Positions 54,426-64,000 of a DNA stretch of 64,000 nt are shown here, piece after piece. The stretch's first letter is position 1. Each line of letters opens with the position of its first letter. Origin of the DNA: Lama guanicoe (taxonomy: Eukaryota); the NCBI GenBank assembly GCA_013239625.1, contig MU053810.1, forward strand, positions 2,491,518-2,555,517, given 5' to 3'. The notes below the pieces were generated by a model. That model was not told the origin of the DNA, did no database searches, and saw only the letters and a program-made list of their open reading frames with translations. The translations under genes were made by a program, and so were the position numbers.

Positions 54426-55265
54426 TGTTAGAGGGCGTGTTAAGAGGATCTCTAATGTGTTCTAACCCAATTCTGACACGTGGTTGTGGGGGCGGATTTC
54501 TCCACACCAAGGAATTCTCAGACACCAGCTGGGTGTCCTACAATTCAGTTCAGTTCTGACACTATGTACTGAGAGATGGAGTCAGACATCACAGGTTAAG
54601 GGTTCAAGACTAGCCCCACCCCCTGCCCTGACTTCAGCTGCCAATCACAAGCCCAGGCTGTGTCACCTGTGCTTCTGACCAACTGGCTAAAGACGGAGCT
54701 TTCCATGACCTCTTTCCCCCTGGGGTTCAATTGATTTGCTAAAGTGGCTCACAGAGCTCACAGAAACATATTCCTTACCAGATTACTGGTTTATTATAAA
54801 AGGATGTAACTCAGGAAGAGCCAAAGGAAGGATGAATGGGGAAAAATACGGGGAAGAGGTGGGGAGCTTCCATGCTGTCTCTGAGCACCCCCACTCTCCC
54901 CCAAATCTCCATGTGTTCACCAACCCTGAAGATGTCCAAACCCCGTCCTTTGTTTTTTTTATGGAGGCCTCATCCCATAGGCTTGATTGATTAAAGCACT
55001 GATCATTGGTAATTGACTGGACCTCCAGTCCCCTCCCTTCCCCAGAGGTCATGAGACAGAAAGTCCCAAAACTCTAATCATCTAGTTGTTTCCCCTGACA
55101 ATCAGCCCCCACCCTCAGGTGCATTCCAAAACTCACTTCATTAGCATAACAAAAGACACCTTTGCCACTCTTCTAGCTTAGGAAATTCCAGGGGTTTTAG
55201 GAACTCTGTGCCATAAACAAATGAGGACCAAATTTGTATTTCTTATTATAAATCACAATAACACA
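54426..55265 (-). mobile_element. MER21-like ERVL solo LTR
   Basis: TG...CA ends. 'gacaccagctgggtgtcctacaattcagttcagttctgacact' and 'ggaaattccaggggttttaggaactctgtgcca'. 5-bp flanks ACCCC/ACCTC. Confidence 0.8.
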
Positions 55266-56189
55266 ACCTCACCAGTCAAGGAGGGGGCAAAAGGTAGATT
55301 AGGGGTTTTTAAGAAGCGTTCTTTTCAATAAGACCCTGTCCACATGAATTAATGGAGATCCACAGTGCCCTACCCACTCTGCATTCTCTACACGTATGAC
55401 TTTAATTAGCCCATAGAACCTGATTATAGCCTTTTCCCTACACAGAATGGTATCTGGTCACCCAACCCGATTCTGTTACATCATAGACTGGAGATTAGAC
55501 TTCACTCCATTGTGCTTCTGTATCCAACCTCATTTTATTTCCAGTCTCGGTAAAGGCAACTCGTAGAAAACTTATCCTGTTACAAAGCTTGACATAGGAC
55601 ACTGTATTCTTGTACACACACACCCCTGATCCATTAGAAGCATTTTTATTACTACTTCTAAAATGGACAAACAGATAAAGAAATTAGCAATGGCTTGCTC
55701 AAGTTGGTGGACTGAGTTGATAGCCAAACTAAGGCTAGAATCTGAGCCTCATGACTTGTGCTTCCACCACAGTTTAAACTAAAAAAAAAAAAAAGAGAAA
55801 AGTGTCTATACAAGTTATGTATTCATTTGACAAACATAGATTACTTTTGTAGCCAGCCATGGTGCCGGCTCATTTTTAGATGTTTATGGAGTGCTAACTG
55901 ACCTCAAGAAGCTTACAGTTGAATTAAATCCAGATAAATATACATGAGCTTGTAAGGGGTACCATCAAAGAGATAAAAATAAAATGCTATGGGATGACCA
56001 AGAAAGGAAATATTATTGCCAACTGTGGAATCAGTTAAGACATCAAGGAGATACGATTTTTGCACTGGGCCTTAACTTGTCATTTGGATTTACATGGGCA
56101 GAAACAGAGGAGACAGAGAAAGAATATTCTATGTAGAGAAAACTTCACAACTTGGGGTCCAGCTATGAAGATTCTGGTTAACTGTTGCT

Positions 56190-56289
56190 GGAGGGGGGTG
56201 TATCGTTCAGTGGCAGAGTACGTGCTTAGCATTCACAAGGTTCTGGGTTCAAACCCCAGTACCTCCATTAAAAATAAGTAAATAAATAA
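56190..56289 (+). mobile_element. tRNA-Ala-derived SINE
   Basis: Degenerate A box, B box GGTTCAAACCC, A-rich tail. Confidence 0.85.
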
Positions 56290-56942
56290 GCTGGTGCCAG
56301 GGAGAGGCCACAGGACTCAAAACTAGATTTGTCCATCTGGGGAAGATGACATCTGAGGGACAAAAAATTTCTAGGACCTAGAGAAAATCACCCCAGCATG
56401 AAGAAATTGATAGTCCCAGCACATGTCAAATAAATTGTGGTGATCTAATCAAGTAGCCAGCATTAGAAAAGTCCAGTTTGGGTAATGGGGAGACCCATGG
56501 ACAGGCCCAACATGGGGACAGGAATCTAGGACCATATACCTTGACAGGCCCTGGAAGGCAGAGGGCATAGTCAGGCAGCAGGAATCCCAGACCTGACCTG
56601 GCCTAGGGGCTCAGTATGTGGTTGAAAGCTCCAGGAAGGAACCAGAAAGAGCAAGATCCTGAAGGCCTGGGATGTAAGCAAGCGATGAAGGCAGAAACTT
56701 GGACACAAGATGCAAAAAATCCAAGTACGAGAACAAGGCGAGAAACAAGATCAGGTCATCAAAACAAAGAATAGACACAGAGGCTGAGTGTGACTGGTGC
56801 TTAGCCCTGGTTTGTTAGGCCAAGATTCCTTAAATTCACTGGCTAAGACCTGAATTAAAAGGTTCTGCCTACAAGGAGGGAGGGGAGGGGTTATTTGCCT
56901 CATGTGTGGGAAGAGGAAAGATTCAGAGCCCAGGAGCCCAGA

Positions 56943-59331
56943 GGAGAGATTGGCCACGATGGTGGAGTAGACAGACCCTGAGCTCACCTCCTCTCACGGG
57001 CACAGCAAAATCACAACTATTTGCAAAACAGCCATTGGTTAAAAAAAAAAAGACCAGAACCTACCAGAAAAGATCTCCTACAACTAAAGACAGAAAAGAA
57101 CCACATGGAGATGGGTAGTGTTATCAAATTGTTGCCCCAGAATCATATCCCTGCCCCCACCTCGAATGGAAACTAACTGCCTTTATCTGAGTCTCAGACC
57201 CAGTTACAAAAGGTGGAATGTGCAAAGAGAAAAACAAGGCTGGTTAGAACTAACTAGGCCCAAGACGGCAGAAGGCCTGCCCTCCAGTGGACCTTGAGCC
57301 TCATTATACACTAACTGTCATGCATTAGCATGCTAAATGGCACACCCACCGGCACCCTGACAGCCGACAACTGCCGTGACAACAACCGGAAGAGCCCAAG
57401 GAAGGACTGAAAAAGAGAGTTGCCTCAGTTTGGGGTCCAAACTGCACCTCTGTTCTCACATAAGTCATGAATATCCTTCCCTCTCTTTGCTCAGTTCCCT
57501 CCCTTTTAGCTCGACCCTCCTACTTACACATACATATGGCCTCTCAGCCTGAGTCACGCTGAAGAGTCGATCTGTGAGCTAAGCTCCCGCTTCTCCATTC
57601 TTTGGCCACTGAAAGGGGCTTGTGTTGTTCCAGCCTCAGCGTCAGTTTCATGACTGGCTGTGTGAATTCGAGTGGAAAAGGAACCTCCCCGGCCGGGACA
57701 AGGGACCTGGGCCCAAGCTAGGACCTGGGCATGAGTCCAGGGCACCAATTCAGTAACAGTAGGAGGGGTGGGCTCGAGATACAGTCCAGTCCCATACGCC
57801 CAGGTGGGCAACCCACAAACTAGGGACTAATTACATTGCAGAGTTTCTCGCAGAGGAATGAGAGGTCTGAGCCCCATGTTGGGCTCCCAAACCCGGGGAT
57901 CCTGCACCATGAAGATGAAACCCCAGAGCATTTGGCTCTGAAAGCCAGGGGCCTTACTTTCAGGAGACCCTGAGGGCTGTGGGAAATAGAGACTCCACTT
58001 TTAACAGACACATATAAAATCTCGGATACCCTTAGACCCAGGGCAGAAGTGGTAATTTGATAGGAGTCCAGGTCAGATCTACCTGCTGGTCTTAGAGAGT
58101 CTCCTGGAAAGGCGAAGGGCAACTACAGCTCACGCTGGTGGCACGGACACTGGCAGCAGTCTTCAGGGACACTGGTGCTGGCAAGCCCGCCATTGCAGAA
58201 GCCTCACTCTAGCTTGTTAACCTCAGGACCGAGAGTCCTGCCCTGGCAGAGCCTCCTGTAGGCATCAGTGCTAGGACCCCTCAGGCCATGCAACTGAGTG
58301 GGACACGGCCCCACTCAACAGCAGTCAGGCTGCCTTAAGACCCCTGAGCCTGTGGCGCAGACTACCAGAGAGGCCAGGATGCAGTTCCACCTGTCAGGGG
58401 CCAGGACCAGTCCCTGAATGCCCTGCACACCAGCCCACCCTCCTGGGAGCCTGCTCCAGCATCCAGACCGGCTTCCCCTATCCGTCCTGGGAGGCAGATG
58501 CCAGAGGTAATAAAACTACAGCCCCATAGCCTGCGCCTGCCCTGGGACCAGCAGGGCTCCATCGCTGCCCACTAGCAGGCCAAAGCAAGCTTTGAGACAC
58601 CCCGGACCTCGTACCCAACTGTGACAGGAACCGGCCTCCCGTCACCAGTTCTGGGACCCCTTAGGCCTTGCAGCCAGACTCCAGGGCCCCGCTCTGCCTG
58701 TCAGTAAGCCATCAGGACCCTCAGGACCTGCTTCCCACAATAGCCCTGAGTCTTCTGGACCCCGGCTCTGCCCCTCTCCTGCGAGGCAGCACTAGTCCCG
58801 GGGCCTCTGTGGTGTCCCACCAACCAGCCCGGGCGGCCTCCTCATGAGGCAGGGCCTAGCAACCAAGCCGGCTAGACCACTCACATGGGAAATAGCACCC
58901 ATCCCCCGCAACAGATTGACTCTCACTGTCCTCTTGGGGGGAACCCCTACTAGAGCATATGACTCAGGTGACGAGAAGGGGGTGCTCTGCTGGGACGCAT
59001 AGGACATCTATAAAAGGCCACTTCTCCAAGGGAAGAAACCTAACCAACCTACCAGATGCATAAAAATACAAACAGCAGTTAAGGCAAAATGAAGTGACAG
59101 AGGGACATGTTCCAGATGAAGGTGCCAGAGAAAGCCCCGGAAGAACTAAGTGAGGTGGAGCTAGGCAGTCTACCCAAGAAGGAGTTCAGGGCAGTGATTG
59201 TAAAGGTGATCAAAGAACTTGGGAGGAGAACGGATGCACAGAGAGAGAAGTTCGAAGTTTTTAACAAAGAGTCAGAAACTATAAAGAAAACCAAACTGAG
59301 ATGAGGAATACAACTGAAATTAAAAATGCAC
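56943..59331 (+). mobile_element. L1 5' portion (GC-rich 5' UTR and start of ORF1), 3'-truncated, interrupted by an LTR
   Basis: Start 'gatggtggagtagacagaccctgagctcacctcctctcac'. ORF1 fragment 'MFQMK..EKAPEELSEVELGSLPKKEFRAVIVKVIKELGRR'. Confidence 0.85.
57119..57758 (+). mobile_element. ERV1-type solo LTR inserted in the L1 5' UTR
   Basis: Inverted ends TGTTA...TAACA. Exact 4-bp TSD GTAG at 57115-57118 and 57759-57762. L1 sequence rejoins across the element. Confidence 0.88.
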
Positions 59332-59509
59332 CAGAGGCTGGGAACCCAGAAACACCCTGATAGGAGCAATGAAAATGAAAGTTCAGAATGCCTTTATGTT
59401 TATGTTTAAATGTATTAAAATTATAATATCCTACACAAACATGTTCAGAGGACACGGTTCCCAGAAATGTGCCTCCTGGGTATGTTCACTCTTAGTCCAC
59501 AAAGTATGA

Positions 59510-59620
59510 GGTGTCAAGACTAGGGCTTCCTCACATACCAGCTGTGTGATCTTGGGTAAGTTACCTGACCCCTCTGAGCCTCAGATTCTTTTCCTATTGA
59601 ATGGGAATGCTAATGTTATA
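59510..59620. mobile_element. MIR SINE fragment
   Basis: 'accagctgtgtgatcttgggtaagttacctgacccctctgagcctcag'. Confidence 0.75.
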
Positions 59621-61109
59621 GTGGGCCTCTGTTATTTTAGTCTGAGCAGCATCCATTCCTTTGGGGATTCATGTCTTCACCAAGTTACGTGTCAGCTCAT
59701 AGTAATCACTCAGTAAAGGATCAATTTTACTGATTATTATTACATTGGTTGTGGTACAGGACATACCCGTGTCTGCAAAAGAAAGAAAATCTGTAATATC
59801 ATGATAAACATAGTCACTACCACATATTCTCATCAATGCTCTCTATTCTGCACCACGGAGATCCCGACCTGGAGGGCCTGTGAGGGGAAACGCCCCTTCC
59901 ATTGTCCCATGGCACGTCCAGAGGCCCTCCGCAAACCTGTTCTGTTTCTCCTTTCTGTTCTATGAGGTGTTCTTTTTGTCCTTTGTTTTCATCAAGCGTT
60001 TCAGTAACCATCTTGGAGTTCTCTCTAACTAGTAGCCCCTGTTGTGAGAGTGATTGTATCACACTTAATGGCATGTCTGACTTGGGAGACTATGGGGATA
60101 ATGTGGGTGGTGGTCACAGTTTAGCCAAAGTCTATATAAATTTCAATTACTACCTGCAGCTATACCCTGCACATACCCCTGTCCTGAACTAGACACCACT
60201 GCTTCCCTTTGCCATAAGCTGCGTAAGCACAGCCTATAATCTTCCTCCATCTTCCTCATTCCTTGTTTTTATTTTCATTCTTCCCTTTCTACGACTGCAA
60301 TATACACAATTCAGATGCCGCCTCGTGAAGCCTATGACATTAACCATGTGTGAGGACACCTTTTATCTTATATCACCAAGATGCGTTCTTCCTCTTCTCT
60401 TGCAAAAGTTACAGAATTGAAAACACAGGCATGGGGTTCATACCTGAGTCATTTTTAAGCTATCTACACCTAGGATTCAAGCATTTTTAAAAATCACTAA
60501 TTTTTTTTTTTCCAAAAGAGCATTTGCTGCTTTTTCATGTGAGATGAGCTTTGTTAACTTTGGGCCCACACAAATGCAGTGGATAGAACACTTCAGGATG
60601 AACAGAAAAGCTCATTTATAGGTCGCTTCTACTTCTCCAAATAGATTTCACTTTCCAATTGTCTCATCCTCTGCTGCCTTACTCTGTAGCAGCTAATTTC
60701 TGTAATGGTTCTGTTGCCATGGGTGAAAAAAAAAAAAAAGGTGTTTGTATGTAGCAGAAGCCCTGAGTTTAGGGGAGCCAGCTGTTGTTAAATGCTCCAG
60801 TTCCAGCCAGTGCCTCCTCTTCTCCCAGGAGTCCCCTTTGGGTGGCACAGGGACACTGAGTTTACCTGGCACTCACTACTGGGTGAGAAAGGACATATTT
60901 TCCACCTGGGAGAAATCAAATCACAACTGCTAGAGGTGACTCTGAACACACTTATCCTACAGATTTCCAGAAACCACGTGCACGGCAGTGGGGCTGCAGG
61001 TGCATTTTTACTTTTTTAAATGTACCATAAATTTATCTATAAAACATTGGGAAAGCTCCTTCATCAAAATACCCATGGTTTTGTGCATTCAAAAATAATT
61101 TCTGTGGTT

Positions 61110-61395
61110 GGGGGAGGGTGGTATAAGCTCAGTGGTAGACTGCATGCCTAGCATGCATGAGGTCCTGGATTCAGTCCCCAGTACCTCCATTAAAAAATAA
61201 ATTAATAAAAGGATAGGAAGGGTATAGCTCAGTGGTAGAGTGCATGCTTAGCAGGCAAGAGGTCCAGGGTTCAACCCCCAGTACTAGTACCTCCTCTAAA
61301 GATAAGTAAACCTAATGACTGCCCCCCTCCAAAAAAAAATTGAGGAAAAAAAGTAAATAAATAAATAAACCTCATTTCTCCCCCCTGCCCCTCAA
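61110..61395 (+). mobile_element. Two tRNA-Ala-derived SINEs, nested or tandem
   Basis: Head 1 at about 61110-61190, head 2 at about 61214-61295, tail units at about 61305-61330 and 61352-61393. Confidence 0.9.
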
Positions 61396-62552
61396 AATTT
61401 ATTTTCTCTTGGCCAGGTTTTTAAAGGTAAAGACTTTGGGGGCCATTTTTCCTCTCTTGGGCTGGCCTGCCCCCGATTCTCAGGAGCGTACTATATTTCA
61501 CTATTTTATTTTTTTTCTTCACTAATAAAAATCTTGAGGAAAAAAAAAAAGGTAAAGACTGTGGTCTCCAGGCAGGAAGGAATCCTGGCTGGCCATTTCC
61601 CAGCCATGGGACCTTGGGCAAGTCACTTAAGAGTTCTGTACGTCAGTTTCCACATACATAAAAAGATGCTATTAACACTGTTTAGCAACCGAGACATGTT
61701 TACATGTCTGAGATCATGTAAGTGAGATAAAGATGGTGACTGAGATATAGCATTGAGTATAAATTTTTTAAAAATCATCTTTTTAAAAACTTTATAGTAG
61801 GTCTTTAAAGAGAATTAAGCTCTTGCAATGTTATTCTATATTATTGATCATAGCAGCAAGATTGCTAAGTCTTATTTAGGGTGAGTGTTAGCTATGATTT
61901 TTATTGTTAATATTATTCTCATTTTGTTTCTACATACTAGCAATGTGTTCCAGAGCTTCCTTTCTCAAGTGGAGTCTATATCCATGACCTCGTTTGCTGT
62001 TTTGCCTAAAAATTTTCTTTTTTTTTTTTTATGCTTTTGGGTTTTCATTTATGACACGAACAGTCAAATCTTTTCAGAGGTAGCAGCCATAGTTAACTCG
62101 CAGAACTCTAAATATCATTTTAAACTCTTTATCATGAAGGGTTGCACACAGAGTAATATAGTGATCTCCCCAAATTCAAGTGCTGTCCTTGAAGTGTCAT
62201 TTTGACTACTCCTTTGACTGGTTTCACCTACTCCTTTTTGCATTCTTTTCCTTGATTATGGTTGCACTTATATTTTAATGTTTTCAAGCAAATCTCATAC
62301 ATCATGTCTTTGTCTACCTGTGTAACTTGCAGCATTTCTGTGTATGTATATCCACAAAAATATCAGTTCAGCTAACAAAATTAATGTCATCTAATCCCCA
62401 GACCAAAATCAAATATCCTGATTGGCTCAAAAATGGCATTTTATAGTTGGTTTGCTCAAGCTAGGATCCAAACGTGGCCCACACATTCTATGTAAACATT
62501 GTGTTTCTTAAGACATAACAATGTATTTAAGAGACATGATGCTATTTCAAGT

Positions 62553-62631
62553 CTTTTTTTTAATTTTTAAGGAGGAGGGGTAAATTCAGTTTATTTATTT
62601 ATTTATAATGGAGGTCCTGGGGTTTGAACCC
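62553..62631 (-). mobile_element. 5'-truncated tRNA-Ala-derived SINE
   Basis: Poly-T, tail unit, and 'tggaggtcctggggtttgaaccc' (B box only). Confidence 0.75.
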
Positions 62632-62639
62632 TTAGGTTT

Positions 62640-63070
62640 TTTTTAAATTTGCTTGAAGGACTCACAGAACTTACTGAAACTTTGAAAAGCCCTTCCTCTG
62701 GCTTGCTAGAAAACTGATCAGAGACCTGAACTTGGAGTTCGTCACCATGCCTGCTCAGCCAGGAGAGAACGTGCTTAGGGCTGAGTCCAAAACATAGAGT
62801 TTTCTAGTTGTCCTCTCCCCATGGCATCCAGGGCTGATGTGTGACAGTACACAGAGTATTGCCAACCAGGGAAGTTCACCCTGATGTCCAGAGTTTGAGC
62901 ATGATCCAAAGCACCCACTCCAAATCATGTTGTTGGTGTGGCTCCAAGCCCCCAGGCAAACAAAAACCCTCTATCAGCATGACATTCCAAGGGCTCAGAG
63001 ATTACCTCCCAGAAGCCTAAGGCAAAGGCCAAAACATTTTTTAGGGCAAAACTGAATTATTTACTATACA
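62640..63070 (-). mobile_element. MER21C-like LTR fragment
   Basis: 'ttgcttgaaggactcacagaacttactgaaa' ... 'gacattccaagggctcagagattacctcccagaagc...ggcaaaggcca...tttactataca'. Confidence 0.7.
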
Positions 63071-64000
63071 GACCAGTGCTTGGTGTTTTTTTGTTTGTTT
63101 GTTTGTTTGTTTGCTAAGGCTTTCTTACAGCAAAACAATGAGTACCTCGCATTCCCATAACATATCCCTGCACAATTCCTTTCCATTTTATTATGAAATA
63201 CTCCTGGACACTGCCCTCTCCATTAGAATGTTTCTTCAACATCACCCAAAACATTTGGGATATTTCAGATTTCAAGGACATACAATTATGTCCTTCAGTC
63301 GTAGAGGCTGTTTTAATTAATGTCTGATAGCAAGCTAGGAATCTTTCAAGTGGAAGTCTTATGGTCCAAAATCCAAGTGATCACTGCTGGGGTGGCGCTC
63401 ACTGGCTTTTACCATAAGCCTCAGTTTGCACTTGGCACAGGGCTATTGTACAGAAACTCTGTCTGTGCCAGCACTTGAGCTAACAGGGTATTAATTAAAG
63501 TAAGAACTTTCATTCACCAGGTCGTCTATATTATTTCAAATTAACAACTTGTGTAGACTTGGGCAATCTTGTTGGTCTTCACTGAGCATGTCAAATCAAT
63601 ATTGTCTGAAGGGCAAATTTGCATGCCTTTTGCTTCGCAAAGCTAGGTAGAAGTGTTCCTCAACACACAGTATCTATCTCCATAATATATGCAGGTAAAG
63701 GAGACACAAACATTCCTCGTGAACTCTACTCTATCATTCCAATTTTCATCCAACTTTTCACCTTGATCCTATCAACCAATGCTTTCCCATATCCTCCCAA
63801 TCTCAGTGTAGCCTTGTTAGGACTTTACCAACAGATTTTGAAATCATGGTGCATTGGGCTCCCATGTCAAGGAATCCTAGAAAAGTCTCTTCTCCACCCT
63901 CTGACCATTCTCCCCCGTCATGTGCACATTGCTTTGAGTCCTCAAAGGCACCCAGGGCCCCCTGTCAATTCTTATCTTGATTGTCGGCCTGCATGTTCAG

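Overview
Mammalian, repeat-rich DNA that looks intergenic or deep-intronic. It is most likely camelid, inferred from about 13 copies of a tRNA-Ala-derived SINE resembling the camelid vic-1 family. I find no intact protein-coding gene, functional RNA gene, CRISPR array or convincing host-gene exon. The recognisable coding content is three processed pseudogenes: SRSF10 (+, 1444-4116, with TSD and poly-A), PCNP (-, about 33851-35718, 163-codon ORF, inside an L1) and PTMA (-, about 51913-53129, full length). There is also a short U6 snRNA-derived fragment. The rest is layered L1, L2, MIR, MaLR/ERVL/ERV1 LTRs, DNA-transposon relics and microsatellites. I cannot support a new biological system here. 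The best second-look items concern retrotransposition: two opposite-strand insertions with overlapping TSDs in one MLT1 LTR, an L1 with a ~55-bp duplication and a short 3' transduction, a 3'-truncated L1 without poly-A flanked by a TSD-like repeat, and a PCNP retrocopy lacking tail and TSD. There is also an orphan CpG-rich patch. Repeat family names come from my recall of consensus sequences, and boundaries of old repeats are approximate.
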